From: Lepidodermella squamata
Taxonomy: Eukaryota; Animalia; Gastrotricha
Direction of reading: 5' to 3'
NCBI GenBank assembly: GCA_047495785.1
Contig: JBLDXI010000074.1
Location: 372,001-436,000, forward strand
Length of the DNA stretch: 64,000 bases
Shown: positions 50,118 through 62,046 of the stretch, in pieces
Numbering within the stretch: position 1 is the stretch's first letter
Layout: every line of letters starts with the position of its first letter
Translations under genes and position numbers: made by a program
Notes under the pieces: model-generated
Database searches by the model: none
What the model was told of the DNA's origin: nothing
The model's input: only the letters and a program-made list of their open reading frames with translations

Positions 50118-51225
50118 CGAATTTCGCACATAAATCAGGGTCGCGTAGAGACGGTATCGGCTGACGTTCGAAGCCGTGCGTGACCAACGGTAGATAATAG
50201 CTGAAATTTCGATCGATGATGCTGCTAGCGTCCACTGATGCTTGATTGTCGCCAAACGTGCAAATCATGGCCAGACTGGTGCGAACAATGCCGAGAAAAA
50301 TTGCGATTTGGAGCAGAAAGAAAACACCTGAAATGGCAACAATTTGCACACCACGATTATTTGATAGATAAGCACATTATAACAACATTTTGCTGGTGCT
50401 AAATAACTACTTATTTGGCCGGGCAAAACCCGAAAAAACCCGATGTTAATATTTTCGATTTTCGGTGTTTTCGGTATTTATGGGGATTTTCGCCACTGAA
50501 ATTCTTAGCTTCAATAAATTCAGAATACGAATATGGCCGAAAATTCATAATTTCCAATTTCCTTACCCAACATTATGTGCATTCCGAACAGAGTTTGAAA
50601 ATCGTGCATGTTCCGCTCGGTTCCATTGGTTAAATTCGGCGCGAACGCGGTCGGAAATGTCGTAGTAGTCCCATTAGTAACCGAATTATTCCCGAAAATC
50701 CCAAACCTAGCCACAATTTGGTTCAAACCCGCATTAGCCAGCCGTTCCTCAGCAATATGAACCTGCTCTACATTTCCCTGCAAGTCGAAAAAATCGGCCA
50801 AAGTCGCGAGCCTGAGCGCTAGAAAGGCGATGTATAAATAAATCGCAAAAACGACAACTTGAACAGCAGTGAACGTAACACCCGGCATTTGATACGAGTC
50901 GTAAATTGTCGTCATCGCGTTGAAAATGTGCGTAATCTCGGCGTTGAGCAACGCAGATTCCACATCGCTATCCAGCATTTTCATGAGACGAGCTTGCTGA
51001 ATGAGGCTCGTACACCAAATAAACGGCTTGGCGTAGTAGGCCTGTGTTAGTTGGCTCGATCTACCGAGGCGTTTCGTGAAGTCATGGTTCACTGATTCCA
51101 GCGCGGCTAGTTCTTCATAGCTCAGCAATTTGTGCTTTTTGACCAGTGATCGGTAGTTCGGGAATCGTTCGGCTACGGGCGATGAGAATCCCGTGAAAGC
51201 CAACGCCATGCCAATGCAGAGATAT
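50118..51225 (-). CDS. Divergent bestrophin family channel, internal exons (5' exons not located)
   Basis: RFPNYRSLV, PFIWCTSLI, QVVVFAIY, FFLLQ..G..TFG...IIDRN align by eye with bestrophin RFP / VPWVW / QVVTVAVY / NPFGEDDDD..IVDRN. Confidence 0.75.
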
Positions 51226-53478
51226 CTAAAATTTGAAAATTCAAATTTGAGAAAATCACAAATGACTAAAGCGTTTCAGAATTTAACATTCAATTACGAA
51301 AATAATTCAATAAAATTCAGACAATTATTTCCGTTTACCACAAATAAAAAATTCAATGTCGAGAATTTTTTGAAATCATCTCAACGTCTTAGCTGTTGCT
51401 CTTGTTTGCACTATCGCCGCAATTGCATGTCTTGTTTTCAAGCTGGTACCAAGTGTTCGAGGGAGAATGGGACGAAACAACTCGTCCCGTCATCTCGCAT
51501 CGGGGAAACTCGATCCGGTATCATCCCGACCATGACCGACTCCATTAGTCCTTCTATTTTACCCGAACCAACTACAAAAGGGCAACAAGAAAGCCGACAC
51601 GAACTGCGCCTACAATTCAACGGAGCGGTTCCACGGCAATTTCAACCGGGCGCGTAACAATTGCACAATACAATAATCCCAAGTGGAAAATCCACGGTCA
51701 GCTCTACGTCGTTGTGAATAACCCGAACTGGACCATTCACCGATTCACCGATTCACCGATTCACCGATGCTCAAAAGTCAAGTTAAGGTGTGCATCCAGG
51801 AGATAGGTCCGTGTTATTTCTGCAAGCCGTGCTTCGGCAGCCGTGACATTATTAATATTTGTTAAGTATTTTGTGTAATTTTGAAATTTAACGCGGGTTG
51901 GGCATTACCTCGATTTTGAACAACAACACCGCCTCTTGGCATCACGAGATAACAACTACAACAACTAGATACTACGAATTACTACTAAAAGGCCCTCATC
52001 AGGGCTGCAAATGGTCTTTCAAGTCACAGGCCGATGCCGATTGTCATAACGCGCAGCTCCACGCGGATTTATTCGACGCGTTGGCAACAGCCAACAACCG
52101 AATTTTGCACTTATTTCAACCGCTGGTTCGACATTTTCAACTTCTAAAATGAATTCGATTTTTTCCGCTACGACCACGACGCCAAGTCATTCACTTCTAG
52201 TACTAGTACCTGCTCTGGCTTTATGGCCTCGCATCGTGTTTCGATTACATCTTGCTTGATGATTACAACGCGGATCTCCTAGCTAAATCATGTGTGCTAA
52301 ATCATGTTAACTGCAGAGATACAGTTGCCACGATCTGACGCTAGCTTAGAAGGATGACATTTCGCAATTCAGGCTTTACTTGGCAATCATCCTCAGTGTT
52401 TTATGTTTTCGTCGAGCGTCTGCGAAATGAAGCGAAATGGGCGAATCAAGCTGAATGACAGGACTGCAATGTCGTGGGCCGAAATGTCATACGACGCCCT
52501 AAAATCAGTCGAATGGGAAACTGGTTAATTGGTCCCGCCCTTGGCCCATTTATCGAAACGTTGCGCAGGGCAACTGTGGACAACTAAAAAATCTCAATTG
52601 GATAAGGTCCAGTTTCTAAGCGTGATTTAGACGGAAGAGCTACAAACTCCTCAGTGCTTGCAAACAATCAAGGATTTCATACCTAAAACTGACGTTTACG
52701 TTGGCGGGAAGTTGTTCGGGCTAAAGATCGATCTAGATTCGGCCCATGTTCACGATTTCACCATCAAGGACGATGCACGGCTCGAGAAGCTATTCCCATA
52801 TCGACATAGCATGCAGTTCGCGAATGTTTCCGATCTTTACCAAGCTCCTAAGCCAGTGAGAAACATCAACGTTGCTGCCTTGATTTTGCATGTTGACGAT
52901 TGCAAATCAGATTAAGGGCTAATATCGGGAAAAACGTCGCCCCAACTTATGTAAGCAATCGAATTTCGAAATTGTCAAAAATTCTTAATAATTCGCTTCT
53001 CGACTTCGTTTTCAAGCTGAAATATGACTTCACTGCATTTAAAACTCTCCGCCAGTTTCGTCATCTACTACATCAGCAATACTGTTCAAAAATTGCACCA
53101 ATATTTTCTGGGTGGTTTCTCGACATTGTTTTTCAACGAAATTTTCAAAAATATGCTGTCCACCCACAGTCGAAGCATGAGGCAAGCTTCACTCGGCATT
53201 AGCTCCTTGTGAACCCATCAGTATCGAATCATTTCAGTATTTACCAATGACAAAACAAGTTGGCCATTTCCTGCCTTCGAGGCCCGAGTTGCTTGAATCA
53301 TCGCCCCTTGACGGCCCAGCAATTCGTCAAGTGATCGCGAATTTGCCGCATGGATACATCGCGCCAATGTTTCATTGCCAATCAATAATTTATTGTGGAC
53401 TCACACATTAGATAAATTTTGGAAAAGATTTTAACACATGAAAACGAGGCAATATCTTTCTTCTCAATTATTTCGAGT

Positions 53479-56400
53479 TTAGGGCTTGGTAGGAATGAGA
53501 CCCTTCGAGTACAAGTAGCTCCGGTTGCCTTCGTAATAGGCAGCGACTTCCTGCGGCGACATGGCGTGGTCGCAGAGCAGCACTTCGTCGATGGATCCGG
53601 TGAAAGAGCCCAGGTGATGATCAAAGCCGATTGTGTACGGCGTGTTGACCAACGGCAGGCGGCCGTGAGCCTCTTCATAACCGATCACAGCCTAAAAAGA
53701 TCAATAAATCAAATAATTGAGATGAAAACCAAATCGATAAACAAATTTGAAAAAATCCCAATTAGTTTAAAAAAAATGTTCCCCATGAATTTTAGAATCG
53801 CTTCAAAATTTCCCGACAATTATTTTTCCAAATCTGAAGCGTGTTTAATTCATCAATTCATGAGTTGCCGGTGAATTTCAAGTGCTAATTGAAAATATTT
53901 CAAGCTCAAAACTTACGCCATTTGAATAAAGTTCCAAGTTGGCACCGTCGTAAACCAGGCAAATCTGGTTCCACCTTCAGTTCCATTGGTAGCGCCCGTA
54001 ATCGTGACCAGCATAGTCGGGTTATCCAGCCTCATTTTCGCCACAATCTGATTCTTCGTAACCGTGGCTAGAACCACCGAAAACGCGTTGTCCTTCCCGT
54101 TCGACAACAGGCCACCAGATCGCAGGCACTCGTTGGAACCCGGGCGTTGCTGGCACCGGTAGAAAAGGCACCAAGACGCCTGGTTCTTCTGATCTGAACC
54201 AGCCAGGCCGGGCACTTCGAGGTAAGCACCGCCGCCCAACAGAAGAGACCGCCCTTCACCGACCGCAGAATCGTTGGCTTTGTTCAAAATTGGCCGGCCA
54301 TGTGGGTAGATGCTGAATCGATTTGTCGATAGGTCGGAGATGTCCTCGTTGAAGGGAACGTAAAGACGGCATTGACGGCCTTTGACGTACTGGTTAGGCT
54401 TGTGTTGCTCATTGCGAATTCCTTCACCTAAAATAAAATAAAATCACTTTTTGCAATGTTCTAACTGAAACGGTTCAGAAAGTGAAGTCTAGCTTTTCAA
54501 GCTTAATTCCAAAAAATTTCTAGAAAATCCATCTAATTCTAAATCAGGGAATTTTTTCCGTAGTTCTACCGTAGTTATTGCCGTAGATTTTCCGTAGTTT
54601 TTACGTAGTGCTAATTTCTACCGTAGAAGCAGCAAATACGGTTAAAAAAAAATCGGGGAAAAAAAAAATTCAGTGAGTGAAGTTTTTGAAAACTCGTTTT
54701 CCAGAGTTGCGGGAAAAATTATGGCTACAAGCTTTTGTTGCTGATGCTGTAGATTCTGCTGGTAACCTCGCGTTTACCGCCAAGTGCGAGCCTTTAGTCC
54801 CCGTGAATCCACTCGCAATATTTTACGCGAACTGAAAAATGCGAAAGCGGCCGATGTTTTCCGCACTGATGACACCGAACAAAAGGCGTTGAACGTAGTT
54901 AACTACATGTTCACGAATTGTTTTAAAAATCGTTCACTCTTTCTCCGCGACATAGAGATGAAAATTATGTCGAAACCAGTCAAAAGTGTCGTAGAGTCGA
55001 TTGGTTCTATATTTCGAAAGTCAACGGAAACTCACCCAACTGCTGGCGTATACGATCTGATCACCGCTAGCCAGGAGGTGGGGATTGTTTGGAACGGCCC
55101 AAAAGTGTTTATTCTAAAAGGCCTGACGAATCATTCTAACAGAGGCCCTGCTGTCTGGAAATTCACTAACAACAACAGCAGGGCGAAGTTTAAACTAACT
55201 TCTTAAGTAGTAACCAGGATACACGAGAGCACTTCGGATGTGAATTTCTTTAAATTTCAGTGAATATTGGTTTTGCTTGATGAGAATAAAGCTGGGGAGG
55301 AATTATTTTTCGGAAGTGTTATACAGATTCGTTTTACTCATTTTCTTACAGCGACAACCAACATCCTAAAAAAAACTTATTAGGAAAATTTTAGGAAATA
55401 TCCTGATGAATTTCCAACCGACAGGAAAAATTCTTAGGAATTTTCCCGGCGATAAAAAAAATCGAAAACATTTCCTGGCGCCTGAAAAAAAATCCTAGAA
55501 GATTTCCTTACGGCAGGAAATTTCCTGAATTGATGAGTTTGTCTAATCAACCAAATTCTTCAGTCTTCAGTCTTTCCTAAATTTCCAAAAATTTCCTGCG
55601 TGCCAGACACGCCATTTTAGCATGCCTTCCAGCTCTGTTCTAAAAAATTGTTAGAAAAACGCCCCTCCTGCCACGCTTCGCCGTGATTATAAATTATACG
55701 GAATGGATTTTCGTACTTGCACAAGTACACGTTTTTGATATTCGTGCTTAAAAGGCTTTCCGGTTACGTAATATTCGAAATTTCCTATAATGTTCTGCGC
55801 TTAACACAGAGTTAGGATCATTTCTCATCTAGAAGGCTGAGACAACTTGAAGTTGTCAAATTTCCCGGCAAAACACATGAAATTAGGCTTAGAAAGCTCA
55901 GGAAACCTAAAAGGTCCCGAACCTTACATCGACTTAATGAAAATAGGGAATTTGACAATTCCAAGCTATCTCAGCCTTCTAGTCCTTACTTCCTTCTCGA
56001 TGAATTCAAAATAAAATTAGCTCAGTGGGCTGGCGTCCTAGAAGTCGAAGCTTTTTGGCGTATTTCCGTTCAGAATGGCTGGACAATAAGTGACAAAATA
56101 CCTGGTTTGAAGGCTACGCCCCAGTTACCCTTCAACTAACAATGGCAACGAATCGTACAATGACGTCATCAAGAGAGATTTCTCATTTCGGCACCGCATA
56201 CCCCTAGGCAAGTTGTTAGCCCTAATCCGAAATGAAATTTTGCCGCCACGGAGCCGAGATCGTCACTCTGACTTTGTCAATTGCATCACCTATGTCACGT
56301 CCTCAAACGTTGGATCGCCGGTGTACCAGTTCTTCTACTCAAGCAAGAGTGAACTAACGATGCATCTAGCCAGGAAATATCGCGTCGATCATAACGAGAA

Positions 56401-57363
56401 TTTGTTTGGCGATTGGCAGAAATTGCCGCTCTTTGTTTTCGCGTTCGGCTACGCCGTTTGGCGGGGTGATATGCTCGAGTGCTTATGTAGTCGTTATCAA
56501 AATGTTGGGGTTAGTCGCCATTCTATCGGTATGGCCATTCAACTGAAACTGGTCACTTTTCCTATTATCACGTACTGAACAGTCAGGTTGTCCAAAAAAG
56601 TGGCCGTCCTACTCTAGCTAAGCGGGTTCTGCTCATGCAAAATGTGGAAAAGGCACCGAGCCCTGATCACGAGTCATTGGACAGTGATATTGGTGACACG
56701 GGTGACGAGCAATTCGAGCAACAAGGTGACGATTTCGAAGGTTTGGTCGACCCCGCGCCGGAACTTCTTCGTACTCTGAATGAATCGTTCTCCGGTCCAA
56801 CAACCAAGATGAGAACGACATAGAGAGCGACGGCCATGTTGCTCGAGGCGGTCAAATCGCAATTGATGGTGAAGTCGAGGCGCCAAAACCAGGCGCCAGG
56901 ACCACGCCAAAACCGCAACGCGGCAGACGAGGACGAAAATGATTTTCTACTTGAATTTCATGATTTCATGTGTTGATGAATAATATTTGGTTACGCTAAA
57001 AGCACGACTCTTATTTAAGTACGAATGTAACAACCCTATAAATTAAGCAAAAAAACTAAAAAAAATAACTTCAGGCAGATGCTCACAGCGGCACGATTTG
57101 AGCGAGAACAGCGAGCCGCCAGCGCATGGAATCGTATAGTAGCGAGGAGCATCGGTATCGACGAATTCAATGACATCGAAGAGATCAGGCCGGCCGCGGT
57201 GAAGGCGAAGCGTGTTGTTGTAGATGTCGACGCACTTTTCATCGGCTTCCAGCGCCGCATTCTCCAGCTGCTTCGTCACATCAGCGACCGTGCACTTGTC
57301 CTCGCATTTCGACGCACCCTCGTGGTGGTGCTCTGTTTCGGCCATGCAACTGCATGAATCAGC
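53479..57363 (-). CDS. Pif-like protein: chitin-binding type-2-like domain + LamG/ConA domain (exons 57087-57363, 53917-54427, 53479-53691; 1-nt frameshift)
   Basis: IPCAGGSLFSLKSCRC; LYVPFNED, WNQICLVYDGANLELYSNG, FTGSIDEVLLC; splice phases are compatible. Confidence 0.7.
54545..55600 (+). mobile_element. Degenerate DNA transposon fragment (possible hAT-like C-terminus) with subterminal repeats
   Basis: ccgtagtt repeat array at 54557-54630; ORF motif SVVESIGS; aggaaa/tttcct repeat array at 55370-55600. Confidence 0.4.
55829..55982. mobile_element. MITE with imperfect TIRs of about 37 bp
   Basis: ctagaaggctgagacaacttgaagttgtcaaatttccc / gggaatttgacaattccaagctatctcagccttctag. Confidence 0.75.
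56213..56940 (+). mobile_element. Possible MULE transposase C-terminal remnant
   Basis: Degenerate SWIM-like ECLCSRYQNVGVSRH followed by an acidic/basic low-complexity tail. Confidence 0.3.
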
Positions 57364-57861
57364 CTACAATTGAGCATAAATCAGGAATTTAATGTCACAG
57401 CAAAAATATTCTAAAAAACAACCGAGTCGAACAATCCTTAAATTATATGAGCCTCCGCTATTTCTATAAAATTCTATGGTCAATCAACCATGGTTAACAA
57501 TAACGTTTTCTGAAAGTGTGTATAACTCAAATGGGAAAAATCCCGTGAGGGTCTGCTGCCGCAACCTTACTGCGTCTGCTGACCGTTGTGTGCTCTTCTT
57601 CAGGGTTTCGCCTTATTTAAAGTCATAACACACATAGCTTATGGCATTTCTGAATGACGACGGTAGCTTGAAAAACTTGTAACGGCAATAGACTGGAGAT
57701 ACCGTGTAACGTTGGCTAATTTTGGACAGGCTAAATTTGGACACTACACCTTATCAGCTGAATTGTGCTCGATCATGAAGGTGGATAAAAATATTCTTCC
57801 AGAATACCTTTCATTAAGATCCGAAAATTACCGCCCGATTGGGTTGGGTTGGGTTTTCCAA

Positions 57862-58159
57862 CATTGTGTTTGAGGTTGTAAGTTGAAAAAAATCCGCACG
57901 CTGATTGGTCAGTTGGCTCGTATCCATGACTCCGCCTTGCTACTTGATCGTGCGATCTATATAATTTGTGGCTTTTATTATTTTTATGAAGGCCGTATCG
58001 TAGCACGCGTTTCCAACAAATGCGTAAAACCATTCATAAAAAGATATTTTTTGCAAACATTTTATGGATCGCACGATCAAGTAGCAAGGCGTCATGGATA
58101 CGAGCCAACTGACCAATCAGCGTGCGGATTTTTTTCAACTTACAACCTCAAACACAATG
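57862..58159. mobile_element. Foldback/MITE with near-perfect TIRs of about 100 bp
   Basis: cattgtgtttgaggttgtaagttgaaaaaaatccgcacgctgattggtcag... is inverted at 58065-58159. Confidence 0.85.
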
Positions 58160-59297
58160 AACAAATTACAGGTCTGGTCATGGGCCAGGTTGGGTTGGAA
58201 ACAAGCTACCTGTTTCCATTTTTGATGCAAACCGCAACAATCAAAAGATCTGGAAATCGAAGTCTCTCGATTTTCTGTCGCTGCAGCAAGACTTTCGTGC
58301 TTGATTGATAGCCCGGAAATTCGGGACTTGGTTTTCGTCTGACACCTGGATTACCGCGGATCAGATACTGAGTGAAGAGTGATTGTACTTCCCTGTTCAA
58401 TCATGCTTAAATCACTTCTCCAACAACACCGCTGCTGTTATTTTATTGAAAGATAGTGGAGAGAGTGGATATGCGTCAGAAGGAAAACGGTTAAGCGGAC
58501 GTGAAGAACAGGGAAATAGAGAAGAGAAGAATCGTGCTTGAAATCTCTTAATTATGAAGCATGTGAATTGTCCGCATGTAAGCTATTAGTTAAGATACAA
58601 TGAGTAAAACAGTTTGCGGAACTTCCGAGGTGTCTCTTTCGACTAAGGTTTTACCATCAACTTTTGCGTTTGCCTTCTACATTGATTCTATATTGAAATG
58701 AGAAGCGTGAAGAATGGAAGCAACATCGCCAATTTATAGCGGTTCAAGGGTCAAGGTTCAATTATCAATTATTATTACGAATTACGAGATCATTGGTATA
58801 CAATGGAGGGCGCAATAGTTTTATATAAAGCGAGGAATCTGATGACTGAAAGTCTTACGGCTTCAGTGGTCAATCGATCGCTACTATGACTCTGGTGTAA
58901 AACACTTTGATCGAGCAATGCACTAATAAAATGACCTTGCCATCCTAGTTGCATGGTTTCAACTACTGCAAATTTCACGTATCGCACGACCGAATCTTTC
59001 ATGCCGAAGTCATAGTAACGATCGATTGACCAATCAGCGTGCACATTTGAAATTGGCTTACGAGTGGTTCCATAATATGACAACGAAGGCTAAAGTGAAC
59101 CGAGCTCCAGCCTTCCCTGTTCTCAAAATAGATTATAATAATTATCATTTATTTTTAAATGGCAGGTGCAATAGCTGCAAAAGATCAGTTTGGAGTGGGG
59201 GATTTGTGGGTTTAAGCCCATGCATGTAGGATTAGCAAGTACTAAATTTTTTTTGTATATTTTTTAATTATTAATTCGATTTTACACAACGTATTTA

Positions 59298-59823
59298 CCT
59301 GACAGTTTCCTCCAGGAAAAAAATCAATAGAAATATTTTGTATTGATTTCCGATGAGTTAGAGAAAACTCATCAATTTGGTGCATGCTGCAAATCAAATC
59401 TAACAATTCATGAAGCAGAAGGAACGGATGCCGAGAATAGGCATTACACTGTTCACGCATCACCCACTCCGCCGTTTGATATACGTTTCCGAAAATAGAT
59501 TTCGGTACAAGTTTTCGGTCAAATATAGTGTACGTGACAAAGAGCATTGCCGGCGCCTTTCTCACTGTTATCCTGGTTGCTTTTCCATCCTGATATCTTC
59601 CGTGGAAAACAACTAAATCGTTGTCAAGAAGAATATTGTTGAACGTCTTAGTTTGATCCATCTCGTTTTGAAAGGAAGAATCCGTATAATACCGGGGTAA
59701 CTTTCTGTCGAAATTCGACAATGTTGCTGATCTTGGTACTTCCATCACATACTCCATCACATTCTTTTCTTCTCCTCCGTTCTGTAGATTCTCCACTTCT
59801 ACATAACATTGCCCCTCCATCAT
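59298..59823 (-). CDS. Uncharacterised protein exon
   Basis: About 175 open codons of globular-looking composition ending at a GTAAAT donor; no family recognised. Confidence 0.3.
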
Positions 59824-61066
59824 ATAGGTAGGTATCACTTAATTTTCTAAAAATTTCCGTAATATATTTTTACATATAGCTGGATATTTATCATACAAAA
59901 TTGGGAACAAAGTAAAACATTTTTCTCGTATGTAGCAAAAATAGTTAAACGTATATATTCTATAGTATATAGATTATATCGTTTTTGTATAGTTTTGTTC
60001 AGGGTTATAGGTAGATATAAATGATGCACGCTATCAATATGTATAGCATAGCACTCATAAACCTATTCAAGCTATTCAAGCTGGTGAATGAGAGATGCTT
60101 GACAGATGAAAGTGTAAAAACAGGTCTACTTTCTATAGGTTTTTACAGAAATTAGGTCGTATGAATAGCTAGGATACGAATAGCGAAGACTTTTAATGTT
60201 ATTCAGTTCATCGCAGTGTTTGAAAGCTCGATTGACAACCGACGAAATATCATCGAAACTCGCTCCGATGGCAAAACAGACATCATCGCCATCCTGATGC
60301 AGAACGTGGCCGAACTACGTAACACATCGGCTGCCATTCTCTATAGAGCCTTTTACACGGGTCGCAACTTCAATTTTCTCGCAGTAAAAAAATTATGAAA
60401 GACCCTTTTAAATTGAATTTTTCACCGTTCTGTAAAAGATAGTTGCAGTCTGTCCAAGTTATGGACGAACAAGCTCATTGCTCTCTAGCGACGCTTATGA
60501 AAAAGCCTGACGTCAAAGCGTGGTATAACGCGCAAAAAATATACCTAGTGAATAGCGAATGGAATGTGAATAGTATACAATATCCGCATGAATATCATAG
60601 GTGTATATCACGATGAATATCGACCTGAAGGCTTGCTATGCACTATGCAGGCCGGTGGCGTAATATCGGGCTGAAGACGAATATCCATCGATTTTCACCG
60701 ATATCACCCGAATGTGGTTGGCACCAGGCGTCAAAAATCATGAAATCCGAATAAGATAACAATTAGCAACGGTACCTATTCGGTAACAGCCGTTGCTAAA
60801 ATTATTATCAGAATAAAAAGAGGTATCACGATTCCAGGGTGTTTCAGGCATATTCTGTTCAATTGTGAGTTTTACACGGTGAAAACAAAATTCCTCCGTC
60901 GATTCCTGCGGTACTTTTACGGTAGTTTTACCGTACTACCGCCTCCAACAAAAATTGCGGGTCAGCTTTGATTTCTCTACCAAGCTTAAGTGATCATAAA
61001 TTCAAGAGTAGCAAAGATTACCGATAACCGGTATCATTCTCTTCATTCCAACTTCATATCATAATT

Positions 61067-61315
61067 TCACAGCACAAAGTCGCGTCGACATTCACGAAAA
61101 ATGGCCGAATCGCGACATTTTGGCAATCTTTGCGCGATGATTTTAAACGAACGGGCTATCACCGCAACCGGCGTAATAGCAACCGATATGGAGACCGAAT
61201 TCGTTTCGTTTTCCAGGTCAAACGCGAGAAATGGCCTAGTTAACGAGATGTCGACAGCCAATAACGAGGCCGTGATGCCAAGAAACGACAGCAGCAGGAG
61301 CGCGTCCGGCTTCAT
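61067..61315 (-). CDS. Candidate signal-peptide exon, possibly the first exon of the Pif-like gene
   Basis: MKPDALLLLSFLGITASLLA; same strand as and upstream of the ChtBD2 exon; donor not resolved. Confidence 0.35.
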   Translation of the reverse strand: MKPDALLLLSFLGITASLLAVDISLTRPFLAFDLENETNSVSISVAITPVAVIARSFKIIAQRLPKCRDSAIFRECRRDFVL

Positions 61316-61699
61316 CTCAGCAGTCCCGGTACAGCTTGTAGTAATCAGGTAGTAGTAACCGGTTTCAGCAAGATGAGATTAATAAACTGGGAGGACGCTC
61401 CACAGCAAATAATGTTTTTAAGAATTCTCAGAAAAAATCTTCAATATAAATATTTGACATGCACTCTGCGCGCTAACTGCGACTGTTACCTGCAACTAGC
61501 GGCGTGGGGCGTTTTTGTGTTACACACTTCCCGGGAGTGCATCGGCTTTTCAAAAAAACCTAGAATGCTTTCATCTAATTGCATTGTCGATAATAACAAA
61601 GAACAAGGGCCGATGCGACGAGAAGAACAAGGGCGAAAAATCATGCGGGCGAACTTGTAAAGATAAGCATGCTTTGGTCTGTGAGCCGTATGATTCTGC

Positions 61700-61873
61700 T
61701 TAATTTGAGTAAATACAGTAAATGTACTAATTCTTGTTATGCTTTTTCTTTGTTATAGCCTGATGATGGTCCGCGCAAGGGCCGAAACGTCGCTTAAAAT
61801 TAAAAATATAAAGTTGTTGTTAGAAGCAACCTACGGTCGCTCCCTTTTTTACTTTTGTTTAATTTGAGTAAAT
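61700..61873 (+). mobile_element. Short Penelope-type (pLTR/retrozyme-like) insert flanked by a 15-bp direct repeat
   Basis: ttaatttgagtaaat at 61700-61714 and 61859-61873 encloses the hammerhead and an A-rich tract. Confidence 0.65.
61757..61794 (+). ncRNA. Minimal type I hammerhead ribozyme
   Basis: agc-CTGATGA-t-ggtcc-gcgcaa-gggcc-GAAA-c-GTC-gct: full catalytic core, stem II, palindromic ACGT stem III and a 3-bp stem I. Confidence 0.82.
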
Positions 61874-61876
61874 TTA

Positions 61877-62046
61877 CCCAAAGAAAAAACCGACTTACTA
61901 AGATCTTACTAAGAGTCTTTGGTGCCTTCTTACTAAGATCGTATTAGGAGCAAGCTATCGTCATAGTAGGTCCTCATAAAATCTTAGTACGATCTTGGTA
62001 AGAAGTAACGCCGATCTTAGTAAGATCTTACTAGGTCCTTACTGGG
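61877..62046. mobile_element. MITE with TA TSD and internal inverted cttactaagat repeats
   Basis: ta|ccca...tggg|ta; tactaagat units on the left and atcttagta units on the right. Confidence 0.6.

Noticed and set aside
51735-51769. (attcaccg)x4 tandem and other microsatellites (2268-2290, 12309-12329, 35365-35398)
   Set aside because: Ordinary simple repeats
51826-51860. gcttcggcagc resembling the U6 snRNA 5' hairpin
   Set aside because: The downstream U6 sequence (ACAGAGA box) is absent
52658-53350. Fragmented ORFs, possibly OB-fold/Helitron RPA-like
   Set aside because: Too degenerate to support by eye
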